This document shows positions 1-10,680 of a stretch of 64,000 nt of DNA, in pieces (the stretch's first letter is position 1; each line of letters opens with the position of its first letter). This DNA comes from Tubiluchus corallicola (Eukaryota > Animalia > Priapulida): the NCBI GenBank assembly GCA_030141605.1, contig JAQGDQ010000618.1, positions 62,726-126,725 on the forward strand. Reading direction: 5' to 3'. The translations under genes and the position numbers were made by a program. Below the pieces are notes generated by a model that saw nothing but the letters and a program-made list of their open reading frames with translations, was not told where the DNA came from and did no database searches.

Positions 1-218
1 ATTGATTCTATATTTTTATACATAGAGATATACACGTGGTTACACTGATGTACGTGATGTAAACAATGTGATGGCCTGCCAACTAGCAGCCAGCTTATGG
101 AATTATATACTGGGTCCGTAAAAATTTTCTCAACGAATTTACGCAATTTACAAAAATGACACTGCTGGTCTTCCAAAAACTGGGAATTCCGCGTATCTGC
201 AGAAAATTCTCATCCCTT
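1..218 (+). mobile_element. right end of a MITE, same family as 4690-5175
   Basis: Closely similar to 4958-5175; ends ATTCTCATCCCT. Confidence 0.75.
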
Positions 219-620
219 CACAACAACATACACAAATATGTTACATGTCACAAGACTGTTCACAGAATGATATTTAAGTACTCTACAGCAGTTACAGGCA
301 AAAAAATTGGGCAATAAAACATTAGAAAGAAATACAAGATTATTTCCTCTATCAGACGACTTTCCTTTGGACGTGATAAACTAAGAAATCTTGAATGAGG
401 AGAAATTCTTAGCTGACTGGTCACGGCATTATTAGAAACGGAACTGAGGCCGATTAGGGGTTTATTCACCGTACAGATTCCGGTAACAGACATCGGACAC
501 GAAGGATTTATGAATGTATCCAAACATGGCTAAGACACCCCCGGTTAGTCCAGTAGCTCACCTTAGAAACACAGCCTTGAAACTATGTGCTAGTCTTGCC
601 ACATCCATCCATATTAAAAA

Positions 621-1235
621 CAGGGATGCTACCGAAACTGAATTTACAAACCGAAAACGAAATCGAAAATTACGAAACGTAAGAAACCAATACCAAAACG
701 AAACCGAACCGAAACATTTTTGCAAAACCAACTACTATTACAACTGAAAAAAGAAAATTCTAAAATATGTAAAATATTTTGTTTTGTTTGTCTGCTTTTA
801 TTTGCTGTGATTTATTATTTGTAGATATCATGTTGCCTACATTTCATAAATTATAAAATTAAACGCGATTTTGCCGGAGCAAACTCAAATGTGGTTCGAC
901 ATCTCGACTGATTGGGCCTGGAGACCCTAAAACCTCACAGTTGTCAGCACTGAAGATATGCCACATTGCCGGTAAAAGCATTACACAAACTGTTATGTAA
1001 ACAAAATTTTCGCTTTATTTGAAATAATTTAGCCAAGATTTTTCAGCAATTTTTGACATTTACGAGAAAGGAAAAGGTAAATTGGATAAATGCTAATAAA
1101 GCCCCAGAAAAGTGCTACGGAAAATTATCCTAAATTCCACTACGAAATTTAATAAATTTCGCCGAAACCGAAACTTAACCGAAAGTGCAATTATCGGCAA
1201 ACTGAAATGAAAAATTCGTTTCGGTAACATTCCAG
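621..1235 (+). mobile_element. MITE-like element
   Basis: TIR-like ends CAGGGATGCTACCGAAA / TTTCGGTAACATTCCAG; diverged inverted copy at 3625-4294. Confidence 0.65.
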
Positions 1236-1697
1236 ACCGAAAAGCCCGCTCACTGAACGATGGATTGCGGTTCGCAGAGTGCCGAAGTTTATAATAAATA
1301 GACAGATAGATAGATATTTTATTTCTGAAAATCAAATTTCCAACACGAAAATTACAAACTCGACGCATACCCGATGGTTTTATCAGCGGGTAGAGCTCGG
1401 GTAATGATTTCCAGATCATACTAACAATTTGACTCAACATAGCTACACGAGGTATATACACAGATATACAAATTTAGTTGTAAACTCTATGAAGCGAAAA
1501 AAAAACTATTTACTAAGCATTTGTACACATGTGATAAACAAATATTTTACCTATATGATAATCACAGTGATGCGGTTATATGTCCGCTAACAAAGCTATA
1601 CAGTTTAATTCAAAAATCTATGCATATAGTCGAAAATGAAATTTCCAATCGACATTAATTCTCCGTCAAATCCAATTCAAAAAAATCCATCACTCAC

Positions 1698-1783
1698 CTT
1701 ATCAAAACACAAGGCACATAGTTTGCAATCGCATTTGAGGCAGATGCACGAAGCCTTCCTGGACCAGCATTCAGAACACGGCT
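1698..1783 (-). CDS. RING/B-box gene exon 5 (B-box start)
   Basis: PCSECWSRKASCICLKCDCKLCALCFDK; AAG|GTGAGT donor. Confidence 0.9.
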
Positions 1784-4700
1784 CTAAGATGTAGAAAAAT
1801 CATTCTAAATTAGCGTTAGGAATTATCCATTTTCCTGTAATCCTAATTAATTATTATCAAACTGATACACTGTTGTTCATCGTTTATTGTTATAAGTTAT
1901 TAGTTAACATTATAATCATTTGCCCAAACGAAGTTCTTGACAACGAGGTAATCAGATACATTACTGTTTATCACAATAAGCCAATCGCGGATGTTATTTA
2001 CGACAATGAGCCAATCAGAGACATTGTGACAGCGAGCAAAAAAAGAGACGTTATTTATCGACTCACTAAACAAAAAAGAGACTTAATTCACGTTAGTTCA
2101 AGAGAAGTTTATCACGTTATATTTAAATTGATATTTTCATCAGCTGGTAAACAGGAAACATTTTCTATAAAGTAAAACACTAGTTGATTTACAATGCATG
2201 GATGAACCACAATCCTTGCTGATCAAAACAGATCTCACTGGTTCCTAATCAGTCAGTTAATTAAAAACTCATAGTACAAAAGAACAAATGTCAGATTTAT
2301 CGTTTCATCATAATAGTGCCATCAAGACTATTTGTGTTTTTCTGAACGAATATTTTGACCAGTTACGGTATCGTCAGAACTGCAAAAGAAGGGAAATATA
2401 ATTATAATTTCACAAAAGCAGGTGGCAATTTTACACGCATGTAATGCTGTATCAGAAAATTTCGTGCAGCTATACGTTCTGTCAAGCTTGCCGTTGTTGC
2501 AGTACTCATCATGGCCACTCCCTTGCACACTTGTATATTGTATACGATCTGTCAAGCTTGCCCTTGTTGCAGTACTCATCATGGCCACTCCCTTGCACAC
2601 TTGTATATTGTATACGATGTGTCAAGCTTGCCCTTGTTGCAGTACTCATCATGGCCATCCCTTGCACACTTGTTTATTGTATACATTCTGTCAAGCTTGC
2701 CCTTGTTGCAGTACTCATCATGGCCACCCCCTTGCACACTTGTTTATTGTATACATTCTGTCAAGCTTGCCCTTGTTGCAGTACTCATCATGGCCACCCC
2801 CTTGCATACTTGTTTATTGTATACATTCTGTCAAGCTTGCCCTTGTTGCAGTACTCATCATGGCCACTCCCTTGCACAATTGTTCATTGTATTGAACTTA
2901 CCAGTAAATTTTAGTTTCTAGTAAACCTGGTTTTTGAAATTTTCTCCAACAATCCAACGATGCCGCAACAGTGAAAAATATTCATTTAGGAAACGTAAAA
3001 TGTGTTGAGTAGTGCTATTATGCTAATCGCGTAAGAAGAGTGCTATTGCTGGATTTATTATTTCAAAGGAATTAAGCAGGCACCCCTACTCACCCCTTTC
3101 TTTATCTTCCCCATTAGAAGATTTTTCTTTAGCAAGTTTACGCTTGCCAGCCGGTATAAATTTCACCTTGTCTGAATGTCTGGAAAACAAAGACATGTTT
3201 TATGCTGTTGCTCTTGGAGAAGAAACATACCACAAATACCTCGCTTAATGACACTAATGCATTCAATAACAATGCGATGCTAAATGAAATGTTGTTAAAC
3301 AAAGCCATATGTTGCACAGAAACATGTAATCACTTTATATTTATAAATTCAATTCTTTTTAATAGACACGTAAGTTAAATAATTGCACAAACTTACACAT
3401 AGTACATGGCTCTGCAGCTATTTCTTATAACACAGTGAAATACTTTGCTAATTTTATACTCAAATCTCTATTCTACTTTCAATATTTATACTTTTCTGCA
3501 TAAATCTCACTCTCGTGAGTGCGCAGAGAGAGATTGTTGGCTTCACGCAAAAGCCGCAAAAAGGGGCACCATGTTTCAACACATATTCTACGGCCTGTTG
3601 TATGTTTAAACAATGGATATTAGGCAGGGGTGTCACTGCTAGTCATAAATTTTCCTTTCGGCTTGCCGATAATTGCACTTTTGGCTCAGTTTTGTTTTCA
3701 TCGACGAATATCAAGTTTCGTAGCCGCAACTTTTGGTGATTTTTTGTAAAATTTTCCGGAGATTTTAGTCATATTTATCCAGCTTACTTATTTTTTCTCC
3801 TAGATGTTAAAAATCGTTAAAAATTTTTGGCTAAAATAATTCAAATAAAATGTACATATCGTTAACCACCTTTCGTAGCATACTTTTTATGGCAATACGG
3901 GATATCTTCACTGCCGACGAATGTGAAGTGTGAAGCTTTAAGCCCGGTTTAAAGTCTCCAGGCACAATTAACCGAAATATGAAAGTGTAATTTAAATAAA
4001 ACTAAGTTTAATTTCATAATTTACGAAATATAGGCAACTGAATATTTACAAAATAAAAATGTCAATTTTTTGACACATCATGATCTTTAACCATAAACAT
4101 TGTTCTAATTTTTTGTTTATGATATTTTGCCTAGTCACCTCATCAAGCTCGTGCCAGAACGAATAAAAGCAAAAAAGCAAAAACAAAAGTATTTTATTTC
4201 AGATCCTTTTTCCACTTTTGATAGTAGTTGGTTTTTGGAAAAAACGATTTCAGTTCGGTTTCGTATTCTAATTTCAATTTCGGTAACATTCTTGGTTCTA
4301 ATACGAAAACTGCATTCATACCAGATTGAGTGCTTTTGATTGTTACTCCTGCACGACACACACGTGAAGTCATCTAAATCAATCTCTGGACATCCATAGC
4401 AATTAAATCTATGGTTTTCCTTCATTTTTATGCTATCCGCTTACAGTGTAGTGGCGTTTCAGCAGGTTCAATGAGAAAGAAATGACAATAAATGGAGAAT
4501 AAAGAGAAACTACTGACCTTGCTTAAAGCAACATCAGACAATCATTCTATTTTCTTTCATCGTTAAATGCAAAAACGGGCGGCAAAATCTCGTCACGTGA
4601 TTTTTACAATGCGTAAGTTTTTTTTAAACTAAGCAATACATACATGTTTGTAAAAGATACTTAGTTTATAGTAACTTCGGTCACTAAAACAGGGATGAGA

Positions 4701-7399
4701 ATGACAAATTGCAAAAAACTTTGAAACAGGCCGGGGGTTTGGGGGCCACGTAGGCAGCAACAAATTGTAATTTTGTGACCATAGAGAACCTCTAAGTGGA
4801 CTTAAAATATCAATTACCTTGTTTCATGCATAATTTAAAATACCCAACTATCAAGGATACATGATACCTATAATTGTCTCAAAAACGATTAAGTACTGGC
4901 CGCTCTTATGCAAAGTATATAAAAACTGTGTGCAATTGACTCAAATAACTCTGCACAATTGATTCTATATTTTTATACATAGAGATATACACGTGGTTAC
5001 ACTGATGTACGTGATGTAAACAAAGTGAAGGCCTGCCAACTAGCGGTCAGTTTGTGAAATAATGTACTGGGTCCTTAAAAATTTTCTAAACGAATTTACG
5101 CGATTTACAAAAATGGCACTACTGGTCTTCCAAAAACTCGGAATTACGCACATCCGCGGAAAATTCTCATTCCTGAATTAAAAAAGTGATATGTATGATG
5201 CATAATAAACTTCCACAGCTTTGAAAAAAGGTAAACTAAATTACTGAATAAATTTTGAACACTGCGATTAACGTACATTATCCAACATGTTGATCTTGTA
5301 AACAAGTTTGTAAATTTTAGTACAAAATTCACGACATCGGCAAATAATTAGAAAATGCTAGAATTTACCTGTCAGCCCTACTAAACTGGGAATACTCCAT
5401 TAATCCCAGAAGGTAAATGTCCGGAAGCAAGGAAGATGATATCATTTTCCCTCCGATCACCTGGGTAATTCCCTATACAGGTAAAGCATATTATTAGTTA
5501 TATACCTAAAGTAAATTTACTTGCACCACGATGAAGAATAAATAAATATGTGACAAATAAGTGTTACCACGTACCAGGTTTTTTGATAGTAGCACTTGGC
5601 AACCCTAATGCTAGATCTCACCAACGGCAAAAGCCATTCAACTCAATTGATAAAGTTATACAAATTACATACAAAGAAAACAAATCGATGCATATTAATA
5701 CCAAAAATTCTACATAAATTGTGTAAATGCTCTCACCTGACAGGAGGGGCATTTCAGTTCCCCTGGTTTCTCCTTGCCGGACAGTTTGGTCAAACATCCT
5801 TCACAGAACGTGTGTCCGCAGTTCAGCAAGTACGGTAGTCGATGTGTCGGACGGTTATGATGATCTAGTAAACAAAAAGCGGTGCAAAGTAAAAAATTTC
5901 AGCAAACACAAACACAAAATTACTACAAAACTACCAAGTCATTGATACCCCTACGAGGGATCTTCCCCTTTGTAGCGAGGAGCTAACCGCCTCGTTTTCA
6001 GATGCCTAATTTTCATCACCTTTTAGCTCAACAAACAAATGGAATTGGAATAAGAAAAAGACATTTAAATCAATATACAGAGACTAGCAAATCTCAGACA
6101 GACATTTTGATTAAAGCTGAAAAGTTGAGAATGTGTGAAATGAAAAAGATGATTAAACGCATACACTGACCAACACTAAAATTTAATAAGCGAGGCAGAA
6201 AGCACTCGCCGGGATTCGAACTAGCATCGCTTACATGCGGAAATTTTAGTGTTCTTACTAAATGACTTGAGTTATTCCGGCTTGAGATAACAATGTCTGT
6301 TTATTAACTGTCTTAAGAAGGCAAGAAATTTGCCTCAAAAATTTTTCTGGCCCGCACTCAGCCATTCATTAAGACTTCGACCCTACACAGCCACATATCA
6401 TGGCCCTACCTTAAAATTACAGTAGATCCAGAAAAAAATGCTGTCCACTCTTTGTATTGTGACCCGACATGGGAAAGACATATAATCATAAATTGCCATG
6501 ACAGGGAAGTATTTCCTGTGAATTTCATGTCTCTAGCCTTAACGTTTGGAAAATACCACTCAAAGAAACCAAAAAGCCAAAGTAATAAATTCTAACAAAA
6601 ATTGGACATAAATCAAGAAACTTCTGCCGTGAAGGAAAATATTAATAAACACACCAAATTAACCTAGCAAATTTAAATCATATATTCATAGCACATTGCT
6701 CAAACGGGATTCTTTGTACTCTTGACCACCAGTTTGTCGCGTGCACACTGGATGGCAAGTTGGTGGTCCACACATGTACTATATCAATGAAAATGAAAAG
6801 CAAAGATACTTCTATGGAGACTTTTGGTTAGACTTTTGAAAAATTCTAAAATCTCCAGATTATATTCCAGGCATGGAAGAGAAGCCATAGTTTTAATTCA
6901 CATAACATCTGTAAAAACTACCTACAGAAACTTAAAGAAAAGTGAGAAATTTATTATACTATGATGGAACTCCAAAAACAGATGTAACTGCTTGCAATTT
7001 TGTTAGACTTTTTTTTGGAGTCTGAAAATAAATCATCCCAGTCCCTCTAGCTCAGTGGGTCCCAACTTTTTTTGACCCGTTTCCCCCTTTTGAAGGTTGC
7101 TGATTCTCGCCCCCCCCCTAGCCCACAAACAAAATGAAAAAACTGCACACATATTTTTTACTTTTATTTTTCCACCCACTCGTTCCCCCCTGGAGGTGGG
7201 TCATCCCCCCGTTGAGAATCCCTGCTCTAGCTGTTTTTGGCTCCTGATTTCGGTTCGTTACGAGGTGGCAACCCTAGTCCTTGGCTTATCAGATCAGATC
7301 ATCTCAGGCTTAGGTTATCTAGCAAGTCAGGCTGAAATACCCACCTTTCCTCGCAGGCACATAATTGTGATGACAAGAAGGGCAAGCTGGCAGCTGCAT
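1698..7399 (-). CDS. RING finger + B-box protein, RNF17/Qin-like, 5' part only; join(complement 7345-7399,5737-5864,5369-5472,3094-3179,1698-1783), continues left of window
   Basis: Spliced translation MQLPACPSCHHNY...RLPYLLNCGHTFCEGCLTKL...LKCPSCQ (C3HC4 RING), LLPDIYLLGL, then EPCSECWSRKASCICLKCDCKLCALCFDK (start of B-box). All junctions GT-AG with matching phases (1,0,2,1). RING/B-box is secure; RNF17/Qin identity is recalled similarity and no Tudor domain is visible in the window. Confidence 0.85.
2470..2893. repeat. 70-bp minisatellite, ~6 copies
   Basis: GTCAAGCTTGCC recurs at 2481, 2551, 2621, 2690, 2760, 2830. Confidence 0.95.
3094..3179 (-). CDS. RING/B-box gene exon 4
   Basis: ttttccag acceptor, GTGAGT donor, HSDKVKFIPAGKRKLAKEKSSNGEDKER. 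Confidence 0.8.
3625..4294 (-). mobile_element. MITE-like element, inverted relative of 621-1235
   Basis: Shares blocks in reverse complement (e.g. TTGCCGATAATTGCACTTT, AATAATTxxAATAAA); ends TTTCGGTAACATTCTTG. Confidence 0.6.
4690..5175 (+). mobile_element. MITE (hAT-like termini)
   Basis: TIR CAGGGATGAGAAT / ATTCTCATTCCTG; second copy at window start. Confidence 0.75.
5369..5472 (-). CDS. RING/B-box gene exon 3
   Basis: GITQVIGGKMISSSLLPDIYLLGLMEYSQFSRAD; phase 0 in, phase 2 out, fits both neighbours. Confidence 0.8.
5737..5864 (-). CDS. RING/B-box gene exon 2 (RING core)
   Basis: LLNCGHTFCEGC...KCPSCQ; tag acceptor, CAG|GTGAG donor. Confidence 0.92.
7053..7224. mobile_element. short hAT-type MITE with 8-bp TSD
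   Basis: CAGTGGGTCCCAAC...GTTGAGAATCCCTG flanked by perfect CTCTAGCT duplication. Confidence 0.85.
7345..7399 (-). CDS. RING/B-box gene coding exon 1 (MQLPACPSCHHNYVPARK)
   Basis: ATG in AAAAATG context, first CxxC of the RING, donor G|GTGGGT, phase 1. Confidence 0.85.
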
Positions 7400-7689
7400 T
7401 TTTAGCCACACAGTATATATTCTTCTTCTAAACAGTGCATGCACTGATTTACTGAAAGGCTAATAGCTTTACAACATTCAAAACAAACACCTAACTTTCT
7501 AAAACCCTAGCACTTAAGAGAAAGCACGATATATACAGCCGAGCCGATGACTTAGTGCAAAATAACTAATATTGAAATTATTTAAGCACGTTATAAGATT
7601 TTAATTCAGTCTGGTTTTAAAGGCCCAGTAGGCTTAATTGCCTACTGCGGCTGTCTAGATCAACATTGGCTCACGCAACAAGTTTTAAT

Positions 7690-7748
7690 AACTATTATTA
7701 TTATTATTATTGTTATTATTATTACTATTATTATTATTATTATTATTA

Positions 7749-7840
<92 letters not shown>

Positions 7841-7890
7841 AGTAGTAGTAGTAGTTGTTGTTGTACTGGTATTAGTATTAGTATTGGTAT
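7690..7890. repeat. (ATT)n microsatellite
   Basis: Direct inspection. Confidence 0.97.
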
Positions 7891-8459
7891 TCACTTTGCA
7901 TACTTTTTAAAGCCTGGATAATATCTAAAATAAAATAATATAAAAGTGGAACTTTAAAATGAGCAGCAAAACATTTATCATATTACATTATGATGCTCAA
8001 ATATTAAAACATAACACAGGTTTTTATAAGTACATCTAAAATTTGATGAAGATGGTATAGGATATTCTAACTTCCAACAAAATTTTGTTCTGGTATCGAC
8101 ACCGAATTTTCAACTTTACTTATTGAGGAGTAGTGTACGTAGCAGGTGATTGTGCTCTATTAAGAAGGTGCTATGTCGGGAGGTGGACTAAATGACAACA
8201 TGCAATAATTAAAATCAATCATTCAGTCAAAATTATTAAATGACACATGCAATTTCTCAACTTCTTGTTGGTGTTTATTATTATATTTTGTATGTGACTA
8301 TATTTTGGCTGTTAACTATATGAAGTAGAAGCCTAGTATATGTATTCACATCTACAAGTTACTGTGTCTATCAGATTTAGGTTAGAACTTCCTCATTAAA
8401 GCTTACTGTGAATGAGTTCAACCATCAAAGAACCAAAATGGAGCAGATTACTTACAAGC

Positions 8460-8880
8460 CTTAGGACAGATTTCTCCTCAAAGCATTCCACTTTTCCTAG
8501 GAGAATGTGAATAGTGTTCCCTTCTTCTATTTCTCCTCGAAAGCAATGAACTTTCCTAGGAGAACGCAAAGAAGATTCTTCAATTTCTCATCAAATGCAA
8601 TGCACTTTTTCTAGGAGAATGCAGAAAAGTTGTAATTCCTTTTTATTCCTGCTCGAAGGCAATGCACTTCTCCTTAGAGCATGCGAAGAAGGTACCCTTC
8701 TTCCATTTTTCCTCAAAAGCAATGCTCTTCATAAAGGAGTATGTGAAGAAAGTTTCCTTCTTCCACTTCTCCTTGAAGGCTATGCTATTCGCCTAGGAGT
8801 ATGCGAAGAGCATTCCATTTTTTCATTTTTCATCTACATTTTGCCTAAGAGAATACAATGAAAGTTCCCTTCTTCTATCT
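8460..8880 (-). repeat. degenerate ~60-bp tandem repeat (~7 units), looks like decayed coding sequence
   Basis: CCTAGGAGAAT-like core recurs every 54-60 bp. Confidence 0.7.
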
Positions 8881-10576
8881 TGCATGTGGTCATCATACAT
8901 TTCCAGAAAGCATTTACACAAAGGATTAATGCCCTTCTTGCCAACGAATCTTTATCACTGTTTTTTTCCTGTTTATTGATGAGCGTGATGTAAATTGGTT
9001 GGTTTTATTTATTATTTTGCTTTATGCATTCAGTGCTTTTCATTTTATCGTTAAATCAATTTACTGAAGAACCAATGTCTTACAATGGCCACTCTTTTAA
9101 GTGTAGCAGCTATTACATTTTCTACCTCTCTCCAGGACGTGACGATCAGGCAATGAAAACGATAAGAAATAGTAAAAAACTCAGCTGATGATGGCGTGAA
9201 TGTAAAGATCTAGCGTGAAATTTGAACACTAGAACATAACGTAGATGCCGTCGTTTTATTCTTGGCGTCGTTAGGAAAACGAGTTTATGTTCGCATGCAT
9301 CCTGAGAGCACCTATTTTCTTTTTCTTTTTCACGCCGGGTTTTTGTTTGGAACATGGCTGGTTGATTTCGGTGATTTTATTAAGGCTTTCTTCTTTTTTT
9401 GCGTATTTATTGTATTATGAATTGGCTTTGGCTGTTGAGAATTGTTACAGATATAATGATACGTTGGTAAAGCAATTTTCTGGTTGAGAAATTGCATTAA
9501 AGTTTGAAGCGTGCATATGGCTGACTGCATATAATTTGAACATTATTACTATTACTAGCATACTTTGCCATGGATAAGATTTTTCATTAATTCAGTGGCT
9601 CACTATGCACGACAGAAAATTTCGAATTTATTTTCGTATTGATAAACAAAGTCGAAGTTAATCGAAAGGTTTTACCTCTAGTTAGGACTATAATTTGTGG
9701 AAAAATATTTGCTATCAAATACTTACCTTCAACCAAATTAGTTGTGCTAGTGCAGTGGCAGAGGGCGCACACTAGTGGTTGGCATAATCGATTACAAGTA
9801 TTAATTACTTGCTAGTGGTGTAGCTATTTAACTTCGATGATTGGAACAAAGCTATTGTCTTTTTGACCGCATTTGCTAGTTAATTTGCGAGAACATTTTT
9901 AATTGGCGCCTTTCAACAAATTTTTTTAACTCATTAGTTTGTTTTGTCAAATCCTTTTTATTGCATGACCTTGAAAGAACTTTCTGAAGTCATTACTTTA
10001 TTTGACTGAGCTGCCTTCCGTGTTTTTGAAATGAGCGTGCATTTGCGCAACTCATTTGTCAAGGTTGACTGATTGAACCAAAGATCAAATTGCCCCCTAT
10101 CTAATTATCATAATATATTCTTGTCACAGACTGATACTGCCTGTTATGGCATAGACAAACATATAATTGCTTCACATGTCGCGGAGCCTTTTTAGTATGT
10201 GGCTATGTGCGTTCTGCCCCTAATTTTTTAACCTAGCTACGCCCCTATTACTGGCTCGCAAGTGTCTGGTGTCAATTATTTTGTTAAGTAATCGAATACT
10301 CAATAAATGCTTTTGTGTCTATAAGTTTATAATTAATGTAATAATAAGTACAAAAAAATGAAAAATGTTTTCGAAATAATTTTTAATGTGGCAAAATTGG
10401 GGACGTAAATACTAAACTCTCCCAAACACAAAGCTCGCGAAGCTCCACCTTTAGATGGCGATCAATTTCAGACTTCATCGTATTCCAAGTGTGAATGTGA
10501 TTGTTTGGAATATTTGGATAAAATTCTTTTTGAACTTTGTTATTTTAGGGATTGTTTCTCAAATTAAGTCGTCAAT

Positions 10577-10680
10577 ATGCCTCGTCGTTCAACAAGAGCT
10601 AATGTAAGAAGCAGTAGTCAGACGTCTAGCAGTGTTGAAGAATCACCTATCCGTGCCACACGCACACGCAGTTCTTCCAG
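10577..10680 (+). CDS. EEP gene coding exon 1 (MPRRSTRAN...)
   Basis: ATG, R/S-rich frame, CAG|GTAAAA donor, phase 2. Confidence 0.8.

Noticed and set aside
260-620. Next exon of the RING/B-box gene
   Set aside because: No phase-0 exon completing the B-box (expected VH...H) could be found
2422-2921. Three overlapping Cys/His-rich ORFs
   Set aside because: 70-bp minisatellite artefact, antisense within an intron
4135-4425. ORF with two CxxC pairs on the RING-gene strand
   Set aside because: Overlaps a MITE; no suitable acceptor found; exons 3 and 4 already join in phase
7685-7910. poly-Asn / poly-Leu ORFs
   Set aside because: (ATT)n microsatellite
7400-10576. Single shared bidirectional promoter
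   Set aside because: TSSs cannot be placed; 3.2 kb containing repeats leaves room for separate promoters
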